Of a stretch of DNA of 64,000 nucleotides, positions 42,259-51,338 are shown piece by piece. Under the pieces are notes generated by a model. The model was not told the DNA's origin. It ran no database searches and saw only the letters and a program-made list of their open reading frames with translations. Numbering within the stretch: position 1 is the stretch's first letter; every line of letters starts with the position of its first letter. Position numbers and translations under genes: made by a program. The stretch spans positions 187,946 through 251,945 of the forward strand of contig CAWIEK010000037.1 of NCBI GenBank assembly GCA_963835065.1, given 5' to 3'. The stretch is from an uncultured Chthonomonadaceae bacterium. Its GTDB lineage: Bacteria > Armatimonadota > Chthonomonadetes > Chthonomonadales > Chthonomonadaceae.

Positions 42259-43521
42259 ATGATACTTGAACAAGAACTCGACCATTCCCCTCATCTTTCG
42301 CCACCATCGTACATCCATGATGTCGCTTGTGACGCTGCGTATATCATGCAGACGGACAGCGAGTATGTGCTGGGCACGTATGCGCGTCAGCCGATTGTGT
42401 TTGTGCGCGGCGAAGGCGCGCGGTTGTGGGACAGCGAGGGGCGCGAGTATCTGGACTTTCTGGCGGGCATCGCTGTCGTGCAGGTGGGGCATTGCCACCC
42501 GCGCATTGCCGACGCGATTGCCAATCAGGCGCATACGCTGATGCAGGTCAGCAACCTGTACCACAACGCGCTGCAGGCTCCGCTTGCCAAACGCCTGTGC
42601 CAGTTGGCGGGCATGGAAAAAGCGTTTTTCTGCAATTCGGGCGCGGAAGCCAATGAGGCCGCGCTTAAAATCGCCCGCAAGTGGGGCAAGCAGAAGCGCG
42701 GCAGCGAGTGTTACGAGATCATTACGTTTCAGGGTTCGTTTCACGGGCGCACGATGGGGACCGTGACGGCAACCGCGCAGCCAAAATATCAAATGCCGTT
42801 CGCGCCACTCGTGCCGGGTTTCCACTACGCACCCCTGAATGATCTTCCCGCGCTCGAAGAACTTGTCAGCGAGAAAACCTGCGCCGTGATGATTGAGCCG
42901 ATACAGGGCGAATCGGGCGTCAACGTCGCGGCCCCGGAATTTCTCAACGGCCTCCGCGCCCTGTGCGACAAGGCCGAAGTATTGCTGATTTTAGATGAAG
43001 TGCAATGCGGCATGGGACGAACGGGGCGCTTTTTAGCAAGCCAGCTTGCGGGCATACAGGGCGACATCGTGACGCTTGCCAAAGGGATCGCGGACGGTTT
43101 TCCGATGGGCGCGTGTCTGACGCGGGGCGAAGCCGCTCATACCCTTGTTCCCGGCGATCATGGCAGCACGTTCGCGGGCCAACCCCTCGCCTGCGCCGCC
43201 GCCCTCGCCACACTGGATATAATCGAAGACGAAAATTTAATGCAGCGCGCCGACCAGACCGGGCAGTATTTCCGAAGCGCATTGAACCAACTCCGCGCCG
43301 ATTTCCCCGAACGCATTACGGAAGTGCGCGGGCGCGGGCTTATGGTGGGCGTCCAATTTGCGCAGCCGGAAGCCAAAACCCTGTACCAAAACTTGCTCAA
43401 AGCAGGCATCATCGCCAACGCGACAGGGGACTACGTTCTGCGCTTCGTTCCCCCGCTCATCGTCACCAATTCCGATTGCGACCTCGTTGTGGACACGTTG
43501 CGCGGACTGCTGCAAGCATAG
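42259..43521 (+). CDS. argD: Acetylornithine aminotransferase
   Basis: YLDFLAGIAV, NSGAEANEAA, FHGRT, EPIQGESG, DEVQCG, LAKG; arg operon context. Start uncertain. Confidence 0.95.
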   Translation: MILEQELDHSPHLSPPSYIHDVACDAAYIMQTDSEYVLGTYARQPIVFVRGEGARLWDSEGREYLDFLAGIAVVQVGHCHPRIADAIANQAHTLMQVSNLYHNALQAPLAKRLCQLAGMEKAFFCNSGAEANEAALKIARKWGKQKRGSECYEIITFQGSFHGRTMGTVTATAQPKYQMPFAPLVPGFHYAPLNDLPALEELVSEKTCAVMIEPIQGESGVNVAAPEFLNGLRALCDKAEVLLILDEVQCGMGRTGRFLASQLAGIQGDIVTLAKGIADGFPMGACLTRGEAAHTLVPGDHGSTFAGQPLACAAALATLDIIEDENLMQRADQTGQYFRSALNQLRADFPERITEVRGRGLMVGVQFAQPEAKTLYQNLLKAGIIANATGDYVLRFVPPLIVTNSDCDLVVDTLRGLLQA

Positions 43522-43554
43522 TCGGCTTGTGAAGGAAATAAAGGGAGATAAAAG

Positions 43555-44310
43555 GTGACAGGAACGGCTCAAAGCACAACAGTGAAACACCCATACTCTG
43601 ATGCTTTGCCGCCTGAACCACTCGTGTTTACGCCTGCTCCGGCGGAACATCCAACCCGGCGCTTGTGGACCCACGCTGACTATCACAAAGCAGGTGAACT
43701 CGGCTTGTTCGGCCCGGAAGAACAGTTGGAATTGATTAACGGCGAGGTTTGGCACAAAGCAAGGCCGCGAAGCGCCGCACATGCCTTTGCCACAATCCTG
43801 ACAGGCGAAACCCTGCGCAGTAACATCGGACCAGATTTTCACGTTCAGGAAGAGAAGCCGGTAGTGCTGGATGATTTGACGGAACCCGAACCCAACATAA
43901 TGGTTGTACGCGGCACACGGCGGCAGATGTTCAGCCTTGCAACACCTGCAAATGCCGTGTTGGTTGTGGAAGTGTCGGAAACAACGCTCCGGTTCGATCA
44001 GACCGTTAAAGCGGAGGCTTACGCCCGCTCAGGAATTGCCGATTACTGGATATTGAACCTGCGCTTCAGGCAACTGGAAGTGCGCCGGGAGCCGGGACTG
44101 CTTGGCGACGGGCAATGGGGCTACCGTTCCCTGCAAATTATACTTTCTGGCAGTCAAATCTCCCCGCTTGCCGCGCCGGATGTTGTTATCAATGTTGCCG
44201 ACCTGCTGCCTGCTATCCAAGCCGTCAGCGCGGCGGATGCTTCCAACCGCAGTATGCCACTCCCTGACGATCAGGCCGCAGTTTCGTCAGATGCTCCTCA
44301 GAATGAGTAG
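43555..44310 (+). CDS. Uma2 family endonuclease
   Basis: LELINGEV, EPEPNI (N where D is usual), VVEVSETT, YARSGIADYWI. Confidence 0.9.
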   Translation: MTGTAQSTTVKHPYSDALPPEPLVFTPAPAEHPTRRLWTHADYHKAGELGLFGPEEQLELINGEVWHKARPRSAAHAFATILTGETLRSNIGPDFHVQEEKPVVLDDLTEPEPNIMVVRGTRRQMFSLATPANAVLVVEVSETTLRFDQTVKAEAYARSGIADYWILNLRFRQLEVRREPGLLGDGQWGYRSLQIILSGSQISPLAAPDVVINVADLLPAIQAVSAADASNRSMPLPDDQAAVSSDAPQNE

Positions 44311-44322
44311 ACTCAACCCAAC

Positions 44323-45303
44323 ATGGACGCGACTCAACTACGACAAATCATTGAAGACAACGCGCAGCAATGGCGCAAAAAGTCTGTTATCAGCCTGTTT
44401 GACTTTTCCACCGAACAGATACGCGCCGTTTTGGATGTGGCGGCGGGGCTGAAGCAGTACGATCTGGCGCGCGAGCGCAGCGTATACTGGCAATATCCGC
44501 GCACCCTTGCCCTGCTGTTTGAAAAACCCTCCCTGCGCACGAGGGTCAGTTTCGAGGCGGGCATGGCGCATTTGCACGGGCAGGCTATCTACCTTGCGCC
44601 CGGTGACGTGGGATTGGGCGCGCGGGAAGCGGTTGCGGACGTGGCGGGGGCGCTTTCCCGGTGGGTGGACATTATCGCCGCCCGCGTGTTCAAGCATGAA
44701 ACCGTTGAAGACCTGCAAAAACACGGCACGATTCCTGTTATCAACGCGCTCAGTGACCGCGAACATCCTGTTCAGGCGTTTGCCGACCTGCTCACGCTTC
44801 AGGAGCAAAAGGGTCCGCTCGGCAACAACTTGAAACTGGCATACGTCGGGGACGGCAACAACGTTTTACACGCGCTCTTGCTTGCCTGCGCCAAAATGGG
44901 GGTACACTTAAGCGCGGCCTGCCCGCTCGGTTACGAGCCGATGGACAGTTACGTGCAGGAAGCGACCCGCATCGCGCAGCAAACGGGCGCAAGCGTGGAA
45001 ATCATTGCCGATCCCGTTCAGGCTGTACAAAACGCCGATGCCGTGTATACCGACGTATGGGCCAGCATGGGACAGGAAGACGAAAAAACGGCGCGAACGC
45101 AAATCTTCGCGCCCTATCAGATCAATTCCAGTTTGCTTTCCCGCGCCAAACCGGACGTATCTGTGTTGCATTGCCTGCCCGCCCATCGCGGCGAAGAGGT
45201 TTCCGCCGACGTCATGGACGCGCACAATACGGTTATCATGGATCAGGCGGAAAATCGCCTGCACACCCAAAAGGCGCTGCTCATGCTGATTTTGGGCCTG
45301 TGA
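44323..45303 (+). CDS. argF: Ornithine carbamoyltransferase
   Basis: FEKPSLRTRVSF, HPVQAFAD, GDGNNV, DVWASMG, HCLP, QAENR. Confidence 0.96.
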   Translation: MDATQLRQIIEDNAQQWRKKSVISLFDFSTEQIRAVLDVAAGLKQYDLARERSVYWQYPRTLALLFEKPSLRTRVSFEAGMAHLHGQAIYLAPGDVGLGAREAVADVAGALSRWVDIIAARVFKHETVEDLQKHGTIPVINALSDREHPVQAFADLLTLQEQKGPLGNNLKLAYVGDGNNVLHALLLACAKMGVHLSAACPLGYEPMDSYVQEATRIAQQTGASVEIIADPVQAVQNADAVYTDVWASMGQEDEKTARTQIFAPYQINSSLLSRAKPDVSVLHCLPAHRGEEVSADVMDAHNTVIMDQAENRLHTQKALLMLILGL

Positions 45304-45316
45304 CCGCGTATTTCCT

Positions 45317-45388
45317 TCTGCAAACAATTCGCAGACTGCAATTAGTTCGCAGTCTGCAACTCGATTGCAATCTGCCATTCGCTTGCAA
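45317..45388. repeat. Four tandem 18-bp quasi-palindromic repeats
   Basis: tctgcaaacaattcgcag / actgcaattagttcgcag / tctgcaactcgattgcaa / tctgccattcgcttgcaa. Confidence 0.75.
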
Positions 45389-45399
45389 AAGGAGACACC

Positions 45400-46092
45400 A
45401 TGAATCAAATCAGAACTTTGACACTGCGGGTCGCCGCGCTCGGAATGCTGACCTTCGGGTTGCTGACGCGCAGCCAATTCGCGCAGGCCGCGCCGCCCGC
45501 CGCCCCGGAACTAAAAGCCGTTCAAGCCGTGACCGTAGAAGCGAGCGGTCCAAAATCCGGCGACAATGGCGACAAGTTCTTTAATATCGAAGGCGCAAAA
45601 AACGGCAAGTATGCCTGCTTCGGCCTGTTGCGCTTTGATGGCGCGACCCTGAAAAAAGAACTGGATGGCAAATACGGCGCGGGCAAATACAAAATCACCA
45701 ATGTCACGCTGCAATTGACGCAAAGCCCCGCAAAATTTTCCAAAGATGGCCCGGTCAACATCTTCTTCCGCGCCGATACGACGCCCAATCTCAATGTGCA
45801 GTCGCTGAAATACCCCTATGCGCCCGGCGACAAAACCATCGGCGGCAGTAAAATCGCCGTTGGCGTGCCCTCCAAAACTTCCGCCAAAGCGGAAGCCGAA
45901 GAAAGCGTTGTCGAGGCGTACAACCTGACCAACGACGCGAGCGGCAGCGGCCTGAAAGACGCCCTGCAAGCGGGCAAAATCGTGACCTTAGTTTTAACGG
46001 CGGGGGATGAGGCGGTTGCCGAAACCTACGCCGGCTTGAAAGGCGTACGCAAACGCAAAGCGCCGACGTTGGTGGTAAGTCTCAATAAGTAG
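45400..46092 (+). CDS. Secreted hypothetical protein
   Basis: SD aaggag; signal peptide ending AQA; beta-rich body. Confidence 0.8.
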   Translation: MNQIRTLTLRVAALGMLTFGLLTRSQFAQAAPPAAPELKAVQAVTVEASGPKSGDNGDKFFNIEGAKNGKYACFGLLRFDGATLKKELDGKYGAGKYKITNVTLQLTQSPAKFSKDGPVNIFFRADTTPNLNVQSLKYPYAPGDKTIGGSKIAVGVPSKTSAKAEAEESVVEAYNLTNDASGSGLKDALQAGKIVTLVLTAGDEAVAETYAGLKGVRKRKAPTLVVSLNK

Positions 46093-46201
46093 TCAGTAGC
46101 CAGTAGTCAGTAGAAATGCCCTGTTCATCGTGGCTTTTCCTACTGAAAAAAGAGTAATAGCGCGTGTTCTACTGACTACTGACTACTGGCTACTGACTAC
46201 T
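46088..46201. repeat. Inverted heptamer repeats (cagtagt/ctactga)
   Basis: agtagtcagtagccagtagtcagtag ... ctactgactactgactactggctactgactact. Confidence 0.85.
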
Positions 46202-46217
46202 TTTTAAGGAGTGACTC

Positions 46218-47543
46218 ATGCGCAAAATTGTACTGGTGTATTCGGGCGGGCTGGATACGTCCGTGTGTATTCCGCTGATGCGGGAAGAGTACGGCTTCGA
46301 CCATGTGATTACGGTTACGGTAGATGTGGGGCAGGCGCGGGAAGACATTGCGCAGGCCGAGGAGCGCGCCCGCCGCTTTGGAACCGAGCATTATACGGTA
46401 GACGCCCGCGCCCTGTTCGTGGAAAATTTCTGCTGGCCTGCGGTGCGCGCGAACGGCGAGTATCAGGGCTACCCGGTTTCCACGTCTATCGCCCGCCCGC
46501 TGATAGCCCTGAAAGCGGTGGAAAAGGCGCAGGAATTGGGCGCAAGCGCGTTCGGGCATGGCTGTACGGGCAAGGGCAACGACCAATTTCGTATCGAATA
46601 CATCATGCGTACCCTGATGCCCGACGCGGAAATTATTGCGCCCATGCGCGAAGGGCGCAAAATGCCAGATGGCAGCCGTTCGCCCTGGACCCGCAGCGAA
46701 GAGATCGAATACGCGAACGAACACGGTCTGGACATTTCGCAAACCACGAGCAAAATCTGGAGCATTGACGAGAACTTGTGGGGGCGCAGCGTGGAAGGCG
46801 GACGCTTGGAAGAGCCGAATTACGCGCCCCCCGAAGAAATCTACCAGTGGACGCGCGGCCTTGCCGACTGCCCCGACACGCCCCGCGAACTGACCATCGG
46901 CTTTGAAAACGGCGTACCCGTATCTCTCGACGGCAAAAAATACGCGCCACTCGATCTGGTGGTGGAACTGAACAAAATCGCGGGCGAAAACGGCGTCGGG
47001 CGCGTGGACATCATGGAAGACCGGATGCTCGGCCTGAAAGTGCGCGAAAACTACGAGTGCCCGGCGGCAGTGGTGATTCTGGCCGCGCACCGCGCCCTGG
47101 AAGCGCTCGTTTGTACGCAGGCGGAATTGAAGTTCAAGAAACTGGTGGACGGCGAATGGGGTGAAATGGCCTACAAAGGCTTATGGTTCGACCCGCTCAA
47201 GGAAGATTTGGAAGCGTTCATCAACAAGGTGCAGGAGCGCGTTACGGGAACCGTCAACATGCGGCTGGCAAAAGGCAGCGCGATTATCGTGGGACGGGCA
47301 AGCGAAATGGCCCTGTACAACGAAGACCTGGCAAGTTTCGACAGCAAAACGTTCAATCAGGCCGAGTCGTTGGGCATCGTGAAAACGCACGGCATGCAAT
47401 CTAAACTCTACTTCAAACTGAAATACCCGGAAGGCGCGTTGCTGGCAGGCAACATGGAACAAAAACTGCTTGGCAGTCAGCCGGTCGCGCATGAGCAGGC
47501 CGACGCGGGTGACGCGGGCGCAACCGGCGATTACAGCGGCTAA
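46218..47543 (+). CDS. argG: Argininosuccinate synthase
   Basis: YSGGLDTS, HGCTGKGNDQFR, SIDENLWGRSVE, GVGRVDIMEDR. Confidence 0.98.
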   Translation: MRKIVLVYSGGLDTSVCIPLMREEYGFDHVITVTVDVGQAREDIAQAEERARRFGTEHYTVDARALFVENFCWPAVRANGEYQGYPVSTSIARPLIALKAVEKAQELGASAFGHGCTGKGNDQFRIEYIMRTLMPDAEIIAPMREGRKMPDGSRSPWTRSEEIEYANEHGLDISQTTSKIWSIDENLWGRSVEGGRLEEPNYAPPEEIYQWTRGLADCPDTPRELTIGFENGVPVSLDGKKYAPLDLVVELNKIAGENGVGRVDIMEDRMLGLKVRENYECPAAVVILAAHRALEALVCTQAELKFKKLVDGEWGEMAYKGLWFDPLKEDLEAFINKVQERVTGTVNMRLAKGSAIIVGRASEMALYNEDLASFDSKTFNQAESLGIVKTHGMQSKLYFKLKYPEGALLAGNMEQKLLGSQPVAHEQADAGDAGATGDYSG

Positions 47544-47658
47544 AAGCCTCTTCTGATAGGCGCGGCATTTGCGTCTGAGGGACGCTTGACCTTTCCTGCC
47601 GGGTTAGGCAGCGCCCGGCCCAATGTGTCCGGTAGTGAAAAGGAGAAAGAAAGCAACA

Positions 47659-48420
47659 ATGGCAGCAATCAAGCAATCACTGGCGTGGTGGGCGCTGGCA
47701 AACAAGCTGGGCGCGGACGCGCTTATCAAGGAATCGAAGCGTATCGGCTATGCGGGCGTGGAAATGGCCCCGGAAAACTTATGGCCGCAAATCACGGACG
47801 GCGGGCTGCAAATCGTTACTATGGGCGGGCACAAGTCGCTTTCGGACGGCTTGAACCGGCGCGAGAACCATGACCGCATCGAAGCGGAAATCAACGCCAA
47901 TCTGGAACTGGCCGTGAAGTGGCATATTCCCGCGCTCATCGTGTTCAGCGGCAACCGCAACGGCCTGCCGGACGCGGCGGGAATTGAGCATACGGCGGAA
48001 GGGTTGAGCCGGGTGGCGAAAGCGGCGGAGCAGGCGGGCGTCACGCTCGTGCTGGAACTGCTCAACAGCAAGGTAAACCATCCCGATTACCAGTGCGACC
48101 ATACCGTTTGGGGCGTGGACGTGTGCAAACTCGTGAACTCGCCCCGCGTGAAACTGCTGTACGACATCTACCACATGCAGATCATGGAAGGCGATGTAAT
48201 TTCCTGCATACGTTGGCCAACATCGAGTACATCGGGCATTTCCATACGGCCGGAGTTCCTGGCAGGAACGAACTGGACGAGAATCAGGAGCTGTACTACC
48301 CCGCTATCTGCCGCGCCATTGCCGCAACCGGATTACGAGGGCTATATCGGGCAGGAGTTCACGCCGAAGGGTGATCCCGTCGCCGCGCTGGAACAGGCAT
48401 ACAAAGTCTGTAGTATATAA
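47659..48420 (+). CDS. Hydroxypyruvate isomerase-like TIM-barrel protein (compensating indels ~48210 and ~48330)
   Basis: [44 protein letters not shown] in the shifted frame; GQEF. Confidence 0.9.
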   Translation: MAAIKQSLAWWALANKLGADALIKESKRIGYAGVEMAPENLWPQITDGGLQIVTMGGHKSLSDGLNRRENHDRIEAEINANLELAVKWHIPALIVFSGNRNGLPDAAGIEHTAEGLSRVAKAAEQAGVTLVLELLNSKVNHPDYQCDHTVWGVDVCKLVNSPRVKLLYDIYHMQIMEGDVISCIRWPTSSTSGISIRPEFLAGTNWTRIRSCTTPLSAAPLPQPDYEGYIGQEFTPKGDPVAALEQAYKVCSI

Positions 48421-48442
48421 AGAGGCGAAACCTACAACACCA

Positions 48443-48474
48443 AACAAAGGCAGCAGTTCGCTGTTGCCTTTGTT
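48443..48474 (+). terminator. Terminator after the hyi-like gene
   Basis: aacaaaggcagcag-ttcg-ctgttgcctttgtt. Confidence 0.7.
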
Positions 48475-48598
48475 CTCAGTGCTGAAAAATCGTACATGTG
48501 GAAAGTTGACGAGTTACCTGGCATCAAGGGGCAATGGCTGACTAATTGATGCAGGATAGTAGTTGGCTGATGACGAATTCAGGGATTGACGAAGAGGG

Positions 48599-49948
48599 AT
48601 GAGCCAGATGTATGTCGAGAAACTAACCATTAAAAATTTTCGTTGCTTTGCTGAAGCCTCCATAAACTTGAATTATCCAGGTCGTGAACCTCGCCGTGGA
48701 CAAAAAATTCCCGACCGTTATAAGAATGTCACTTTGTTTATTGGTTCAAATGGCTCCGGTAAGACCACAATTTTTAAAGCCCTCTGTCTCGCGGTTCTTG
48801 CGCCGGTAGTGCGTGGTAGTGGATTACGCCCGGACTTCTTTGTGCGTCGGCCCTCCGGTTATACAGGAGATGTACGCAACACCAGTGAACCACTTCCGCT
48901 TACTAACAGTGATATTGTCGCTTATTTGAAGCTCAGTGAAGTAGACGCTAAAAAGCCGCCTCAACCAAAAAGCCGCATTGTCGGTCAGGCGGTAATCCAT
49001 CGCCAAGGAGACATAGAGGACGTTACCACTGCATACAACGATACTTCTGTTTGGGAGCGCATTTATCAAAATTCGTCTCCTGCATTTTTTCTAGTTGCCT
49101 ATGGCGCAAATCGCCGTTCGGCAAATCCCGAGGGCTATACGGAACGTAATCGTTCTCCACGCTACGAGCGGATTGCCAGTATCTTTGAGGAGTATGCCGC
49201 TCTGGTTCCATTTACTGTGGGATATTTGGAACTTGATAAACGTGGATTGCTAAGTGAAGCGCAGCGCATCCTGAACCACTTACTGCCTGATAATGTCACG
49301 CTCTCTGATTCAACTGACCGTGAAAATCGTCCCCTGTTCAATGCATTTGGCGTCTTTCATCCTTTTACCGCTCTCTCTGATGGCTACCGGGGCTTTATTG
49401 CCTGGGTGTGGGATTTGCTGGTACAAATGGCCCGTGTATTGCCGCTCAATGCAAGCGCCGATGAGTTTAACCAACTGAGCGGGGTCGTAATTGTTGATGA
49501 AATTGACCTCTTCCTGCATCCACGTTGGCAGCGATTTTTAATTGAGGAATTGGCAGACCAGTTTCCAAAACTTCAATTCCTCTTTTCTACACACAGTTCT
49601 CTCGTAGTTGGAATGCTCGAAAAGGAAAATGTACGTGTTCTGAATCAGTCGGAAGATGGTTCAAAGGTAGAACAATATCAAGAAGAAGTTGAAGGGAAAA
49701 CACCTAACGAACTCCTGACCAGCATCTACTTCGGGCTATCTTCTACACGCTCCCCGCACAGTGGAACACTAAGTGAACAGGTGGAAAGAGAAATGGCAAC
49801 AGCAATCCCATCTACAACACCTGAAGAACTACGCCTTGCTCCATTGAGTGAAACGCAGCAACAAGATTTAAAGCGATTGATGGCACAGAGCCGCGAGTAC
49901 GGAAAAGCAATACATAAAGCGGAAGAGGAAGTATTGGAAAAGTTATGA
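48599..49948 (+). CDS. ABC/AAA_21-type ATPase, PtuA-like
   Basis: IKNFRCF, GSNGSGKTT, LSDGYR, IVDEIDLFLHPRWQ, STHS. Confidence 0.9.
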   Translation: MSQMYVEKLTIKNFRCFAEASINLNYPGREPRRGQKIPDRYKNVTLFIGSNGSGKTTIFKALCLAVLAPVVRGSGLRPDFFVRRPSGYTGDVRNTSEPLPLTNSDIVAYLKLSEVDAKKPPQPKSRIVGQAVIHRQGDIEDVTTAYNDTSVWERIYQNSSPAFFLVAYGANRRSANPEGYTERNRSPRYERIASIFEEYAALVPFTVGYLELDKRGLLSEAQRILNHLLPDNVTLSDSTDRENRPLFNAFGVFHPFTALSDGYRGFIAWVWDLLVQMARVLPLNASADEFNQLSGVVIVDEIDLFLHPRWQRFLIEELADQFPKLQFLFSTHSSLVVGMLEKENVRVLNQSEDGSKVEQYQEEVEGKTPNELLTSIYFGLSSTRSPHSGTLSEQVEREMATAIPSTTPEELRLAPLSETQQQDLKRLMAQSREYGKAIHKAEEEVLEKL

Positions 49949-50865
49949 TCCAATATCCTACGCGCAGCGCCGTGATTGCGCGTCTTGCCCGTAAACGGCA
50001 ACCTTTATGGCAGGCGAAGGCTATACAGCGTACACAATATTTTCAGGCGGTAGGCAGATACATCAAGAAGGATGAATGGCTGCCTGATGGCAGGAAAGCT
50101 GTCGAGTTCTGGGGCGAAGTTAAAAGCGTTTTTGTGACAGTGCAGTATAGCAAATGCGCCTACTGTGAGATCAAACTTGAAGCCAGCGACATTGAATGGG
50201 ATTTGGAGCATTTTCGCCCGAAATCCGAAGTGGCTGAATGGGAGTTACCTAGGTCTGGTGACAACGATCTGGTAAGAAGACACTTCCATCGAAAATCGAG
50301 TGACAATCGCTGGGAGTACCAACTTCCCACAGGTACAGCGATGCCGGAAGGATACTACTTGCTGGCTTATGACCTTGAAAATTATGCCGTATCCTGCAAA
50401 ACATGCAACACCAAATACAAATCAACTTACTTTCCCATTGCAAACAGACGTGTGGTTCATGGACGAACGGTGGCAAGTCACAATTCGGAAGGCGCCCATC
50501 TGATTTATCCCCTCGGGGATCAAGGAGAAGACCCTGAGCAATATATTGCATTTGAGGGTGTCCAAGCCGTCACAAAAAACGCTTCAGTTCGAGGGCAACT
50601 TATCATTGACTTCTTTGATTTGAACCGTGACAGTCTACAGCACAGTCGTGCAGAGTGGTTGGTACACACTTTTTGGAACACGTTTGAGGGATTTGTCGCA
50701 GGCACTCCAAGAGCAGCTAAAACAATGGAGTGGTTACTTTCTCACAAAGCGCCACATACTAATTGCACTCGTTGCTTCCTTGATCTCTGTCTAAATGACC
50801 GCGCTGAAGCAGAGAAGCAGTATCTTAAGATGGAAAAGATTTTACGAAAGTCTCCCAAACTTTAA
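49945..50865 (+). CDS. HNH-like endonuclease, PtuB-like
   Basis: KCAYCE, LEHFRPK, YYLLAYDLENYAVSCKTCN; ATGA overlap with the ATPase gene. Confidence 0.85.
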   Translation: MIQYPTRSAVIARLARKRQPLWQAKAIQRTQYFQAVGRYIKKDEWLPDGRKAVEFWGEVKSVFVTVQYSKCAYCEIKLEASDIEWDLEHFRPKSEVAEWELPRSGDNDLVRRHFHRKSSDNRWEYQLPTGTAMPEGYYLLAYDLENYAVSCKTCNTKYKSTYFPIANRRVVHGRTVASHNSEGAHLIYPLGDQGEDPEQYIAFEGVQAVTKNASVRGQLIIDFFDLNRDSLQHSRAEWLVHTFWNTFEGFVAGTPRAAKTMEWLLSHKAPHTNCTRCFLDLCLNDRAEAEKQYLKMEKILRKSPKL

Positions 50866-50932
50866 TCGCTCGATTGCTGTGTGTTTTCCACACAGACTCT
50901 GGCTGCTCTCATTTGTATGCATGTAAAAAGGG

Positions 50933-51163
50933 GAGGGCGATGTCATCCGAACCCTGCGCGACAACATAGACTACATCGGGCACTTCCATACGGCAGGCAA
51001 TCCAGGCCGCAACGAACTCGATGAGAACCAGGAACTCTACTATCCCGCTATCTGCCGCGCCATCGCTGCAACGGATTACGACGGTTACATCGGGCAGGAG
51101 TTCACGCCGAAAGGGGATGCCGTAGCCGCGCTGGAACAGGCGTACAAAGCGTGTGACGTTTAG
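50933..51163 (+). pseudogene. Orphan diverged copy of the hyi-like gene 3' end
   Basis: Open frame [76 protein letters not shown], homologous to 48187-48420; no start codon. Confidence 0.95.
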
Positions 51164-51271
51164 GGCGTGAGACGATAATAGCAAGCAGTCAGGCCGCAGC
51201 AGTTTGCTGCGGCCTGACGAGTTTTAAGGACCACCGTGTATCGTGTCCGGCTTCTAACTCGAAAAATTTTC

Positions 51272-51300
51272 TTGACACGATGTTTGATATACGTTATACT
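51272..51300 (+). promoter_or_regulatory. Sigma70 promoter of the LacI/xylan cluster
   Basis: TTGACA-N17-TATACT. Confidence 0.8.
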
Positions 51301-51338
51301 CTGCTATCACGAATTAGCACGTTCACGCCAGCACGAAA

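Noticed and set aside
45317..45388. CRISPR array, here or at the other tandem repeats
   Set aside because: Units are 7-18 bp, contiguous and without unique spacers; no cas genes.
48599..50865. Retron system
   Set aside because: No reverse transcriptase gene or msr/msd-like region in the window.
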